This document shows positions 1-13,244 of a stretch of DNA of 64,000 bases, piece after piece. The position numbers and the translations under genes were made by a program. The DNA lies in assembly GCF_011045215.1 (NCBI RefSeq), contig NZ_CP049201.1. One strand, given 5' to 3'. Under the pieces are notes generated by a model. That model did no database searches, had not been told where the DNA came from, and was given only the letters and a program-made list of their open reading frames with translations. Positions within the stretch are counted from its first letter, which is position 1. Each line of letters begins with the position of its first letter. The stretch comes from Escherichia coli (GTDB taxonomy: Bacteria; Pseudomonadota; Gammaproteobacteria; Enterobacterales; Enterobacteriaceae).

Positions 1-214
1 AGATACCGCCGTCAAGTTCGGGACGAATGCGCGTGAGGATCAGCATGGCAAAGGCCAGCAATAAAATGCCAGCGCCAGTAATACCCCAGCCGATGAGCAG
101 TGCTGCCGGGCTGGCAACTGCCGCCATATTTTGCGGCAGACTGAAAACACCCGCGCCCAGCATTGAGCTTAATACCAGCGCGGTGAGTGCGCTCAGTCCC
201 AGTTTCTTTTCCAT
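1..214 (-). CDS. ydgI: Putative arginine/ornithine-type APC transporter YdgI, 5' end only (gene runs off the left edge)
   Basis: The minus strand from ATG at 214 reads MEKKLGLSALTALVLSSMLGAGVFSLPQNMAAVASPAALLIGWGITGAGILLLAFAMLIL..., which matches my memory of the YdgI N-terminus. Its position next to ydgH is as in K-12. It is not in the ORF track because it is truncated. Confidence 0.8.
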   Translation of the reverse strand, partial: MEKKLGLSALTALVLSSMLGAGVFSLPQNMAAVASPAALLIGWGITGAGILLLAFAMLILTRIRPELDGGI

Positions 215-350
215 CGATATCCAGTGATTAAAACGTGATAAGAAGAATAAATATTAGGGCAAAACGCATAAAAATGGAGTTTGCCACTGAAGCGCGGGAT
301 TTTACGAAGAGATGTGTCTGCATGCAATGGTCGCAGGGAAATTTGTGACT

Positions 351-381
351 AAAAATGCGAAAGGCGGCATCAAGCCGCCTT
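351..381 (-). terminator. Rho-independent terminator downstream of ydgH
   Basis: An 8-bp GC-rich stem aaggcggc/gccgcctt (361-368/374-381) with a 5-nt loop is followed on the minus strand by tcgcattttt. Confidence 0.7.
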
Positions 382-399
382 ATAGGAGTAACTGAATAG

Positions 400-1344
400 T
401 TATTTATACAGATCTGCGCTGACGGTCAGGTTATTACCACGTTCCTGCCACTGGCGGGTGATGTGGTAATACTTAGCACCTTTCTTCGCGGCACGTTTCG
501 CAACCTGATAGGAGACTTCGGTCATGTTGCCGTAGTTGCCAGAGAATTTGATGCTGTCGAACGGGACCATCATCGCTGCTGTCGCTTTGTTCAGTTCTTC
601 GACTTTAGTGCCGTCCGGGAGCGTGACGGTGTAACGCCCGCCTTTTGATGACTGGGTTTCAAAGAAGCGACCGACTTCAGAACTTGGTGATGCGGTAGTC
701 GCAACACCCGGGATCTCAACTTTCTTCGCGGCTTCGCCACCGGCAGCCAGAGCTGCACGTCCTGCTTCGGAATCTGCCGGGATCACATCCGGGCTCTGGA
801 CGATACGTTTCTTAGCATCTTTTTTATAGATGAATGCAGTAATACGCTGGTTGCCGCCCTGGTTGGCATCGATTTGACGAACAATGTAGAAAGAGTAGGC
901 ACCTTTCGCTTTTGCCGCTTTGGTGATGGCATCATTGACTTCTGGCTGGCTACGATAGAAGCCCTGGACGGTGACCGTGTCAAACGGTTCAATCAGAACA
1001 GCCTGATCTTTCGGCAGTTCGACAACACCGTTAATTACGCGATTACTTGTTTCTTCTGCTTTTTCAGCATCGGCTTTATAGAGGTCAGCGACCACACGCC
1101 AGTTACCGCTGTTACCAAAATCAGAAGTGTCGACAACATAAAAAGAGGCGGCACCTTCTTTATCTGCGCGACGAGAAACGGCTTTCACCGCTTCGCCAAT
1201 AGCATTAAAACGACCGGTAACCACTACACGGTCAAAAGGTTTAACCGCTGCCGCTTGCTCCGGTGTCAGTTCTGTTGCTGCGTTAACGGAGAATGCCGTA
1301 GCAGAAAGCAGTGCCGACGCCAGGAGGGTGTTCTTAAGCTTCAT
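400..1344 (-). CDS. ydgH: Periplasmic DUF1471-repeat protein YdgH
   Basis: 314-aa ORF with signal peptide MKLKNTLLASALLSATAFSVNA and three internal repeats of the YdgH type. Synteny next to pntA. Confidence 0.9.
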   Translation of the reverse strand: MKLKNTLLASALLSATAFSVNAATELTPEQAAAVKPFDRVVVTGRFNAIGEAVKAVSRRADKEGAASFYVVDTSDFGNSGNWRVVADLYKADAEKAEETSNRVINGVVELPKDQAVLIEPFDTVTVQGFYRSQPEVNDAITKAAKAKGAYSFYIVRQIDANQGGNQRITAFIYKKDAKKRIVQSPDVIPADSEAGRAALAAGGEAAKKVEIPGVATTASPSSEVGRFFETQSSKGGRYTVTLPDGTKVEELNKATAAMMVPFDSIKFSGNYGNMTEVSYQVAKRAAKKGAKYYHITRQWQERGNNLTVSADLYK

Positions 1345-1804
1345 AAAAATAATCCTTCGCCTTGCGCAAACCAGGTACTGGTATTGTTATTAACGAGAAA
1401 CGTGGCTGATTATTGCATTTAAACGGTGTAACTGTCTGCGTCATTTTTCATATCAGATTCCTTAAGCCAATTTTAATCCTGCCCAAATGACCGTCTATGC
1501 TTAAAAAACAGCCGTATCAGCATCAATACTACTGAAGCAACTGAATTGTATAAGTTAATTTAATGTTAAGTAGTGATTCGTGCCGGGGCGATGTCTCGTT
1601 TTACCTGACCGTCGAAGACAATTATCAGTCTTTATCCAGCGTTCTAAGGTGTTTATCCCACTATCACGGCTGAATCGTTAATATTTTGCGAGTTCACGCC
1701 GAAATACTGATTTTTGGCGCTAGATCACAGGCATAATTTTCAGTACGTTATAGGGCGTTTGTTACTAATTTATTTTAACGGAGTAACATTTAGCTCGTAC
1801 ATGA

Positions 1805-3400
<1,596 letters not shown>

Positions 3401-3407
3401 GGGGTAA

Positions 3408-4799
<1,392 letters not shown>

Positions 4800-4803
4800 C
4801 CCT

Positions 4804-4835
4804 GACGGCCTCTGCGGAGGCCGTCACTCTTTATT
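4804..4835. terminator. Hairpin shared by the convergent pntB and tqsA 3' ends
   Basis: 9-bp stem gacggcctc/gaggccgtc with loop tgcg, followed by a T-rich tail actctttatt. The tqsA stop (4824) lies inside it. Confidence 0.6.
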
Positions 4836-5858
4836 GAGATCGCTTAACAGAACGGCGATGCTTTGACCTCCCGCTGTTTGTTCAAGCGCAATTTTGACAA
4901 TAATTGTCAACGGCACGGAAAGCAGCATACCCACCGGTCCTAACAACCATCCCCAAAAAATCAACGACAAAAATACCACCAATGTCGAAAGCCCCAGCCC
5001 ACGTCCCATGATGCGCGGCTCCAGAATATTGCCGAAGACCAGATTAATCAGCAGATATCCCGCCAGCACCAGCAACGCTTCGTAGAAGCCATTAAACACC
5101 AGTACCTGAGCGATAGGGGGGATTGCCGCGAGAACTGAACCAATATTAGGGATGTAATTAAGCGCAAAGGCCAGCAATCCCCAGACAAAAGCGAAGCGAA
5201 CATCGAGTGCGGCGAGCATCGCCCAGGCGACCAGGCCGGTGATGATGCTGATGGCTGTTTTCAGCACCAGATAATGAGACACACTGTCAATCGCGCGTTG
5301 AATCGCCGCCATCCCTTCAACCGGACGCGCCATCATTTGCTGAAATTTTCCGGGCAATTGTGGCACTTCGAGCAGCATAAACAGCACCGTCAGCAGCAAT
5401 AAAAATATTGATGACATGGCATTAGATAACTGCGTCAATAAGTTGGTGAGCAACGTCATCGCCGCGTTCGGATCAATGTAATGCGCCAGTTGGTCAACTG
5501 AGACGTCAATCCCTACGCGTTGCAACAACGGCTCAAGAGCTTGCAGCGGCGTCATAATAGAGTTGCGATATTGTGGTAACGTCCGCGTCAACTCGTTGAG
5601 CGCGGAACCCAGATAAGCTAACAGCAACACCATAGCCATCACGATGATGGTCATCAAAATCGACACCGCCAGTACACGCGGCACTCGCCAGCGGACCATG
5701 TGTTGCACCAGCGGGTTAAGAATAACAGCAATAAATAATGCGAGAATAAACGGCACGATGATCTCGGCGGCAAAACGGATACCGCAGAGAATAATGACCA
5801 GCATTCCCAACATAATGACGATTTTTAGGCCATTGAGCGTGATGATCGGCTTTGCCAT
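4824..5858 (-). CDS. tqsA: AI-2 exporter, PerM/AI-2E family membrane protein TqsA
   Basis: 344-aa polytopic membrane ORF starting [26 protein letters not shown]. Synteny as in K-12. Confidence 0.9.
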
Positions 5859-6266
5859 GCTTGTCCCCGTTTTTTCTTCCTTTGCTAATAATGTCTTTTT
5901 CGCTCCGTCATCATAACGAAAATCAAACCGCTCAGGTAAAGAAGTGAAAATATTTTGAGTTAATTCTTAAGCTATGATACAAATCAGGCGTGTTCAACTA
6001 CCGAGGACAATTATCATCCGCGATGACGAGAAGCAACACTGCGGATAATTGTAATATTATGGACAATTTGTTCAGGACGTTATTTTCTACATTTACCCAT
6101 CTTCGTACCTCATCCACTATCTTGCTCGTAGGTGAGCAGCACTGGCGCAACGCGCTTTAGTCCTTTCTTCTGCCAAAGCTTGCCCTATACGCGGGGCTTG
6201 ACCACTTTACTTTGGTTTCGCTGAATTAAGCGAAAATTAGAATAATTCTCTTGCAGGAGAAGGACA

Positions 6267-6632
6267 ATGTATATTTATTGGGTTTTATTAGGTCTGGCTA
6301 TTGCTACAGAAATTACCGGTACGCTGTCCATGAAATGGGCGAGCGTCAGTGAGGGAAATGGCGGCTTTATTTTAATGCTGGTGATGATTTCTCTGTCGTA
6401 TATATTTCTCTCTTTCGCCGTTAAAAAAATCGCCTTAGGCGTGGCTTATGCACTGTGGGAAGGTATCGGTATTTTATTTATTACCTTGTTTAGCGTTTTG
6501 TTATTCGACGAAAGTTTATCGCTGATGAAAATTGCCGGGTTAACCACCCTGGTCGCCGGGATAGTGTTGATCAAATCAGGTACCCGTAAAGCGCGTAAAC
6601 CTGAACTGGAGGTGAACCATGGCGCAGTTTGA
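6267..6632 (+). CDS. mdtJ: Spermidine export SMR protein MdtJ
   Basis: 121 aa, four TM segments, SMR family, overlapping the downstream partner gene. Confidence 0.9.
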
Positions 6633-6948
6633 ATGGGTTCACGCCGCCTGGCTGGCATTGGCAATCGTGCTGGAAATCGTTGCTAACGTCTTTTTGAAAT
6701 TTTCTGACGGCTTTCGTCGCAAAATATTTGGCTTGCTCTCCCTGGCGGCGGTGCTGGCTGCCTTTAGTGCGCTTTCTCAGGCCGTTAAAGGGATCGACTT
6801 GTCTGTCGCTTATGCATTGTGGGGCGGGTTTGGTATTGCCGCCACGTTAGCCGCAGGTTGGATCTTGTTTGGTCAACGGTTAAATCGTAAAGGCTGGATT
6901 GGCCTGGTCTTGCTGTTGGCTGGAATGATCATGGTGAAACTTGCCTGA
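6619..6948 (+). CDS. mdtI: Spermidine export SMR protein MdtI
   Basis: 109 aa starting [32 protein letters not shown]. Overlaps mdtJ by 14 nt. Confidence 0.9.
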
Positions 6949-6953
6949 TGAAG

Positions 6954-6982
6954 ACGCTGCCCGCGCTGTCGGGCAGCGTTTG
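6954..6982. terminator. Hairpin between the convergent mdtI and ydgD
   Basis: Perfect 10-bp stem acgctgcccg/cgggcagcgt with a 6-nt loop. The T-run is weak (tttgaac). Confidence 0.5.
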
Positions 6983-6986
6983 AACA

Positions 6987-7808
6987 TTATTTTTGCGACA
7001 GTTGATCCAGCTTGTCGCGAAAACCGGTAACAGAAATGGCCCGGTTATCGGCGCGCCAGCGATCTTTCGCGGCAGGAGCCGAACTTTGCACCCCAATTAA
7101 TTGCCAGCCGTCATCGGTATGCAACATCAGAGGCGAACCGCTGTCACCCGGCAAGGTATCGCACTGATGTGACATCACCGACGTTTGCGCCCAGCCAGTC
7201 ACTTCACAGTTTTGATGACTGTACAACGTATCGAGATGATCTTCAGGGTATCCTGCCTGAGTCACTTTACGACCTGCCGCTTTTAATGCGGCGGTAAGCG
7301 CGGCTTTATCTCCCTCAAATAACGGCAACGGCGTAATGCCAGAAGGGGGATTACGTAGCACAATCAATCCGAAGTCCCACGGCGCGGCTGCGGGAGGTAC
7401 AATCCAACCATCCCCATCTGCTTTTAACCGCTTTCCCAGTGTCGGATCAACGCGGCCTTCTATGTCGTGGATGTCATAGCGCCAAAGACCTTTATTTGAC
7501 ACAAAACGCAGCGCCACTGCTTTATCGGCTTTACCCTTTGGAGGTGTCAATAAACAGTGTCCTGCCGTTAATGCCAGATTGGGTGCAATCAGCGTCGCCG
7601 TACATAAATTGCCGCTGGCCGTTTCCAGTTGCCCAACCGCATCCCACGGTGATTGGGTCGTGTCATTCACTGGCACACGATCATCATGACCAAAAAACAG
7701 GGTGCTGACCTCATCGTTTGCCGATTTGGCAATGTCTGGTTTATCTGCAAACACAAAAGCAGACGTCAAACTAATTGCACCCAACACTACAGCAATGGTT
7801 GTACGCAT
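6987..7808 (-). CDS. ydgD: Secreted trypsin-like serine peptidase YdgD
   Basis: 273 aa with a signal peptide, TAGHC (His) and GDSGSP (Ser) catalytic motifs. Confidence 0.85.
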   Translation of the reverse strand: MRTTIAVVLGAISLTSAFVFADKPDIAKSANDEVSTLFFGHDDRVPVNDTTQSPWDAVGQLETASGNLCTATLIAPNLALTAGHCLLTPPKGKADKAVALRFVSNKGLWRYDIHDIEGRVDPTLGKRLKADGDGWIVPPAAAPWDFGLIVLRNPPSGITPLPLFEGDKAALTAALKAAGRKVTQAGYPEDHLDTLYSHQNCEVTGWAQTSVMSHQCDTLPGDSGSPLMLHTDDGWQLIGVQSSAPAAKDRWRADNRAISVTGFRDKLDQLSQK

Positions 7809-7907
7809 ATCACACTCTGGTGGGTAATTATGATTATTAAAAGCAAACCCTCATAAATACTATAGACGGGACGGGATGAAAGTGGGAGTAAAATCAGATA
7901 ACTACAG

Positions 7908-7991
7908 TCAGGAAAGATAAAAACGGGCGGCAATCAGTGCGCATAAAATAAGGATGATCAGAATGAACTCAAAGCGATAACGGCCCACCAT
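7908..7991 (-). CDS. ydgU: 27-aa hydrophobic small protein YdgU
   Basis: I translated the minus strand by hand: MVGRYRFEFILIILILCALIAARFYLS*. This matches my memory of YdgU and its position beside asr. Too short for the ORF track. Confidence 0.55.
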   Translation of the reverse strand: MVGRYRFEFILIILILCALIAARFYLS

Positions 7992-8083
7992 ACTACCCTC
8001 CGCTAAAGGCGGTGCTAAACGTTACCCGCTTAGCACCGTAATTTTCAGGCGCGAGGGGGCGCGCCAGCATTACTGTTGAAAAC

Positions 8084-8392
8084 TTACGCTGCGGGTTGTG
8101 CAGCAGGTTTTGCCGGTTGCTGATGGCTGTGTTTCTTGGCGTGTTTCTTCGCTGCCTGCGCTTTTTGTTCAGGGGCTTTCTGTTCAGCTTTCGTATTTTT
8201 ATGATGCTTTTTAGCCGCCTGCGCTTTCTGGGCAGGTGCTGCTTTATGCTGTTTTTTATGATGTGTAGTTTTCGCCGGCGCTGCTTTGGTGGTCGTCGCA
8301 GTCGGAGCAGGTGTGGTCGCAGTCTCTGCAGCAAAGGCGGCAGAAGACAGACCCATAGCAGCGGCAACAACCAGAGCTAATACTTTTTTCAT
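8084..8392 (-). CDS. asr: Acid shock protein Asr
   Basis: [23 protein letters not shown] followed by a Lys/Ala/His-rich repeat (QKAQAAKKH twice). Start taken at ATG 8392 (102 aa). Confidence 0.9.
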   Translation of the reverse strand: MKKVLALVVAAAMGLSSAAFAAETATTPAPTATTTKAAPAKTTHHKKQHKAAPAQKAQAAKKHHKNTKAEQKAPEQKAQAAKKHAKKHSHQQPAKPAAQPAA

Positions 8393-8647
8393 TGTCATAC
8401 CCTCAATTTGTTTTTTCATTTAACCCCACTGCGGGGCCGTTGAAATAACTATATCCCTGGGAATGGCAGACTTCCGTGAGTGGTTGGTTTCAGCGTGTAA
8501 CGATATGTACAAACGCTGAATAAATTACAGCGTTGATAATAACGTATTGTGACTTAAGGGAAATTTAGCTACCAATAATAGTAGTCTTGATCGGGTTAAC
8601 TATTTTACTACTTACAAAGCGGTAGAATAACTGCGCATCAGTAATAA

Positions 8648-8767
8648 ATGACACACAGCAAAATGAATCCGTTTATTTGGGTACTTATAATCCTGATGAC
8701 GCTAGACGCGCTGCGGGAATTGGCTGGCGCTTCGTCTATTTTAGGATGGCTATTAACGTTGGTTTGA
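8648..8767 (+). CDS. Hypothetical 39-aa hydrophobic peptide (unverified)
   Basis: Hand translation gives MTHSKMNPFIWVLIILMTLDALRELAGASSILGWLLTLV*. A strong + strand terminator follows immediately. I found no SD sequence and no recognised homolog. Confidence 0.25.
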   Translation: MTHSKMNPFIWVLIILMTLDALRELAGASSILGWLLTLV

Positions 8768-8774
8768 GCAGGCA

Positions 8775-8816
8775 ATAAGTCCGGACGGGTATTTACCGCA
8801 GTCCGGACTTATTTTT
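8775..8816 (+). terminator. Rho-independent terminator (+ strand)
   Basis: 12-bp perfect stem ataagtccggac/gtccggacttat followed by ttttt. It abuts the ynfM stop codon. Confidence 0.6.
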
Positions 8817-10069
8817 CAGGCGTGCAGACGACGATGCAAACGCGTCCCGACCAGCAGAGCAATGACCAGCATCAGAGCAATAAATGCGCCGACGCCGTTC
8901 CAGCCATAGTTATGCCAGAAAACACCACCCAGCGTCCCGGCAATACTCGACCCCAGATAGTAACTGAACAGATACAGCGAGGAGGCCTGGCCTTTAGCGC
9001 GTTTTGCGCGGGGGCCGATCCAGCTGCTGGCTACTGAGTGGGCTGCGAAGAATCCGGCTGAGAAGAGTAACATTCCGGCAAAGATCAGCCACAGCGAGCT
9101 GAATAAGGTCATCAGTAAACCAAACAGCATAACCCCCGTCGAAAACAACATCACTGGACCACGCCCATAGCGGGTGGTCATGGTTCCGGCTTTGGGTGAG
9201 CTCCATGTACCGGTCAAATAAGCCAGCGATAATAAGCCAACCACGGCCTGACTGACATGCCAGGGGGAGAGCATCAACCGATAGCCGATGTAATTAAACA
9301 GCGTGACGAACGACCCCATCAGCAAAAAGCCTTCTGCGAACAATAACGGTAATCCCCGGTCACGCCAGTGCAGACGAAAGTTGATAAACAACGACTTAGG
9401 TCGCAGCGAAGTCGGGCGAAAATGGCGTGATTCCGGGAGGATTTTCCAGAACATCAACGCCGAGGCTAGCGCGAAACAACCGATTGCCGCCAGCGCAATT
9501 CGCCAGTTGAAAAAGTCCGTGAAGACACCGCTAATTAAGCGTCCGCTCATGCCGCCAATTGAGTTGCCGCTGATATACAACCCCATCGAAAAGGCCACGA
9601 AACTGGGGTGGATTTCCTCGCTAAGATAAGTCATGCCAACAGCTGCCACGCCACTTAACGAAAGCCCAATCAAGGCGCGCATAATCAAAATGCCGTGCCA
9701 GCTGGTCATCATTGTCGAAAGTAACGTACAAATGGAGGCCAACAGTAGCGCCGTGACCATCACTGGTTTGCGACCAATGGCATCGGATAGCGGACCAGTA
9801 AACAGCAAACCGATAGCCAACATCGCCGTGGAAATGGACAGTGAAATACTACTGTTCGCGGGCGTTAAGCCAAACTCCTGCGAAAGCACCGGAAGGATAG
9901 GCTGCACACAATAGAGAAGTGCAAATGTTGCCAGTCCGGCAGAGAACAGCGCCAGGGTGACGCGCATAAATTGCGGCGTACCGCGTTTAATAAATTGATT
10001 TGGCTGAGAAATGCTTTGCTTGTCAGTGTCGCTTGCCGGAGCGCCATCAACAGTTGTAGTACGGCTCAC
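8816..10069 (-). CDS. ynfM: MFS transporter YnfM
   Basis: 417 aa, 12-TM-like MFS pattern. Divergent from the ynfL LysR gene as in K-12. Confidence 0.9.
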   Translation of the reverse strand: MSRTTTVDGAPASDTDKQSISQPNQFIKRGTPQFMRVTLALFSAGLATFALLYCVQPILPVLSQEFGLTPANSSISLSISTAMLAIGLLFTGPLSDAIGRKPVMVTALLLASICTLLSTMMTSWHGILIMRALIGLSLSGVAAVGMTYLSEEIHPSFVAFSMGLYISGNSIGGMSGRLISGVFTDFFNWRIALAAIGCFALASALMFWKILPESRHFRPTSLRPKSLFINFRLHWRDRGLPLLFAEGFLLMGSFVTLFNYIGYRLMLSPWHVSQAVVGLLSLAYLTGTWSSPKAGTMTTRYGRGPVMLFSTGVMLFGLLMTLFSSLWLIFAGMLLFSAGFFAAHSVASSWIGPRAKRAKGQASSLYLFSYYLGSSIAGTLGGVFWHNYGWNGVGAFIALMLVIALLVGTRLHRRLHA

Positions 10070-10175
10070 TTGAAATCCTTGCTAAATATGCCTGTGGATC
10101 AGGCTTATACATAGGGTAGGAAAATCGAATTGTTCTGTCTAATATATTAATAATCTCAAATAAGATGTTTTAAAT

Positions 10176-11069
10176 ATGAATATTGAACTTCGTCATCTGC
10201 GTTACTTTGTTGCTGTTGCGGAAGAGCTGCATTTCGGGCGCGCCGCTGCCCGCCTGAATATTTCGCAACCGCCGCTAAGTCAGCAGATTCAGGCGCTGGA
10301 GCAACAAATTGGTGCCCGACTGCTGGCACGAACCAATCGCAGTGTATTGCTGACGGCAGCAGGAAAACAGTTTCTTGCAGATAGTCGGCAAATCCTGTCT
10401 ATGGTGGATGACGCTGCCGCTCGCGCTGAAAGGCTGCATCAGGGTGAAGCGGGGGAGTTGCGTATTGGTTTTACTTCGTCCGCTCCTTTTATTCGGGCGG
10501 TGTCTGATACGTTATCGCTGTTTCGCCGTGATTATCCTGATGTCCATTTACAAACCCGCGAAATGAACACTCGCGAGCAAATCGCTCCGCTCATTGAAGG
10601 AACGCTGGATATGGGATTGCTGCGTAACACAGCGTTACCGGAGACGCTTGAACACGCAGTCATCGTCCATGAACCGCTTATGGCGATGATCCCGCACGAT
10701 CATCCCCTGGCAAATAATTCGAGTGTAACACTGGCTGAACTGGCTAAAGAACCCTTTGTCTTTTTTGATCCGCACGTCGGGACAGGGCTGTATGACGATA
10801 TTCTCGGGCTGATGCGACGTTACCATTTGACGCCCGTCATCACTCAGGAGGTGGGCGAGGCAATGACCATCATCGGTCTGGTTTCCGCCGGTCTGGGTGT
10901 TTCAATTTTGCCTGCGTCATTTAAACGTGTTCAGCTCAACGAAATGCGCTGGGTGCCGATTGCTGAAGAGGATGCGGTTTCTGAAATGTGGTTGGTCTGG
11001 CCGAAGCATCATGAACAAAGTCCAGCTGCGCGTAACTTTCGTATTCATCTGCTGAATGCTCTCAGGTGA
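10176..11069 (+). CDS. ynfL: LysR-family transcriptional regulator YnfL
   Basis: MNIELRHLRYFVAVAEELHFGRAAARLNISQPPLSQQI is a canonical LysR HTH. 297 aa. Confidence 0.9.
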   Translation: MNIELRHLRYFVAVAEELHFGRAAARLNISQPPLSQQIQALEQQIGARLLARTNRSVLLTAAGKQFLADSRQILSMVDDAAARAERLHQGEAGELRIGFTSSAPFIRAVSDTLSLFRRDYPDVHLQTREMNTREQIAPLIEGTLDMGLLRNTALPETLEHAVIVHEPLMAMIPHDHPLANNSSVTLAELAKEPFVFFDPHVGTGLYDDILGLMRRYHLTPVITQEVGEAMTIIGLVSAGLGVSILPASFKRVQLNEMRWVPIAEEDAVSEMWLVWPKHHEQSPAARNFRIHLLNALR

Positions 11070-11203
11070 GGGAAATTTCAGCGAAAAAGCCCGAAAAATG
11101 TGCTGTTAATCACATGCCTAAGTAAAAATTTGACGACACGTATTGAAGTGCTTCACCATAGCCTACAGATTATTTCGGAGCGCGAAAATATAGGGAGTAT
11201 GCG

Positions 11204-12424
11204 GTGGTTGCTGAAAACCAGCCTGGGCACATTGATCAAATAAAGCAGACCAACGCGGGCGCGGTTTATCGCCTGATTGATCAGCTTGGTCCAGTCTCGC
11301 GTATCGATCTTTCCCGTCTGGCGCAGCTGGCTCCTGCCAGTATCACTAAAATTGTCCGTGAGATGCTCGAAGCACACCTGGTGCAAGAGCTGGAAATCAA
11401 AGAAGCGGGGAACCGTGGCCGTCCGGCGGTGGGGCTGGTGGTTGAAACTGAAGCCTGGCACTATCTTTCTCTGCGCATTAGTCGCGGGGAGATTTTCCTT
11501 GCTCTGCGCGATCTGAGCAGCAAACTGGTGGTGGAAGAGTCGCAGGAACTGGCGTTAAAAGATGACTCGCCATTGCTGGATCGTATCATTTCCCATATCG
11601 ATCAGTTTTTTATCCGCCACCAGAAAAAACTTGAGCGTCTAACTTCGATTGCCATAACCCTGCCGGGAATTATTGATACGGAAAATGGCATTGTACATCG
11701 CATGCCGTTCTACGAGGATGTAAAAGAGATGCCGCTCGGCGAGGCTCTGGAGCAGCATACCGGCGTTCCGGTTTATATACAGCATGATATCAGCGCATGG
11801 ACGATGGCAGAGGCCTTGTTTGGTGCCTCACGCGGGGCGCGCGATGTGATTCAGGTGGTTATCGATCACAACGTGGGGGCGGGCGTCATTACCGATGGTC
11901 ATCTGCTACACGCAGGCAGCAGTAGCCTCGTGGAAATAGGTCACACACAGGTAGACCCATATGGTAAACGCTGTTATTGCGGGAACCACGGCTGCCTCGA
12001 AACCATCGCCAGTGTGGACAGTATTCTTGAGCTGGCACAGCTGCGTCTCAATCAATCCATGAGCTCGATGTTACATGGGCAACCGTTAACCGTGGACTCA
12101 TTGTGTCAGGCGGCATTGCGCGGCGATCTGCTGGCAAAAGACATCATTACCGGGGTGGGCGCGCATGTAGGGCGCATTCTTGCCATCATGGTGAATTTAT
12201 TTAACCCACAAAAAATACTGATTGGCTCACCGTTAAGTAAAGCGGCAGATATCCTCTTCCCGGTCATCTCAGACAGCATCCGTCAGCAGGCCCTTCCTGC
12301 GTATAGTCAGCACATTAGCGTTGAGAGTACTCAGTTTTCTAACCAGGGCACGATGGCAGGGGCTGCGCTGGTAAAAGACGCGATGTATAACGGTTCTTTG
12401 TTGATTCGTCTGTTGCAGGGTTAA
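11204..12424 (+). CDS. mlc: ROK-family global sugar regulator Mlc (DgsA)
   Basis: 406 aa with a GTG start, VAENQPGHIDQIKQTNAGAVYRLIDQLGPVSRIDLS, and the ROK zinc motif CYCGNHGCLE. Confidence 0.95.
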   Translation: MVAENQPGHIDQIKQTNAGAVYRLIDQLGPVSRIDLSRLAQLAPASITKIVREMLEAHLVQELEIKEAGNRGRPAVGLVVETEAWHYLSLRISRGEIFLALRDLSSKLVVEESQELALKDDSPLLDRIISHIDQFFIRHQKKLERLTSIAITLPGIIDTENGIVHRMPFYEDVKEMPLGEALEQHTGVPVYIQHDISAWTMAEALFGASRGARDVIQVVIDHNVGAGVITDGHLLHAGSSSLVEIGHTQVDPYGKRCYCGNHGCLETIASVDSILELAQLRLNQSMSSMLHGQPLTVDSLCQAALRGDLLAKDIITGVGAHVGRILAIMVNLFNPQKILIGSPLSKAADILFPVISDSIRQQALPAYSQHISVESTQFSNQGTMAGAALVKDAMYNGSLLIRLLQG

Positions 12425-12548
12425 CATTTTTTAACTGTTCTACCAAAATTTGCGCTATCTCAATTTGGGCCAGGAAAGCATAACTTAGACTTTCAAGGTT
12501 AATTATTTTCCTGGTTTATATTTGTGAAGCATAACGGTGGAGTTAGTG

Positions 12549-13244
12549 ATGCTGAAGCGTTTCTTTATTACCGGTACAGACACTTCTGTAGGGAAAACGG
12601 TGGTTTCCCGCGCATTGCTACAAGCGTTAGCCTCCCAGGGAAAAACGGTTGCGGGATATAAACCCGTAGCGAAGGGGAGCAAAGAGACACCCGAAGGGCT
12701 GCGTAATAAAGATGCCCTGGTGTTGCAGAGTGTTTCAACCATCGAACTGCCTTATGAAGCAGTTAATCCTATCGCGTTAAGCGAAGAAGAAAGTAGCGTG
12801 GCGCACAGTTGCCCAATCAATTACACCCTCATTTCAAACGGCCTGGCAAACCTGACCGAAAAAGTCGATCATGTCGTGGTAGAAGGGACTGGCGGCTGGC
12901 GCAGTCTGATGAATGATTTGCGTCCACTCTCTGAATGGGTGGTGCAGGAACAACTGCCGGTGTTGATGGTTGTCGGTATTCAGGAAGGTTGCATTAACCA
13001 TGCACTGCTAACAGCTCAGGCGATTGCCAACGACGGGCTGCCGCTCATTGGCTGGGTGGCTAACCGAATCAACCCAGGACTGGCGCATTATGCGGAAATC
13101 ATTGATGTGCTCGGTAAAAAACTTCCGGCACCGCTCATTGGTGAACTGCCTTATCTGCCGCGCGCCGAACAGCGTGAACTGGGGCAATACATCCGCTTAG
13201 CTATGCTGCGCAGTGTGCTGGCGGTAGATAGAGTCACGGTGTAA
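12549..13244 (+). CDS. ynfK: Dethiobiotin synthetase paralog YnfK (BioD2)
   Basis: [24 protein letters not shown] contains the P-loop of the BioD family. Start at ATG 12549 (231 aa). Confidence 0.85.

Noticed and set aside
27-227. 66-aa + strand track ORF at the left edge
   Set aside because: It is the antisense of the clearly recognisable ydgI N-terminus (minus strand from ATG 214). Its Ala/Pro/Ser-rich sequence has no start context.
7993-8380. Arg/Lys/Leu-rich ORFs (125 aa on the minus strand, 94 aa on the plus strand) overlapping asr
   Set aside because: These are alternative-frame and antisense readings of the repetitive Lys/Ala/His-coding asr gene. The low-complexity products are an artefact of the repeat.
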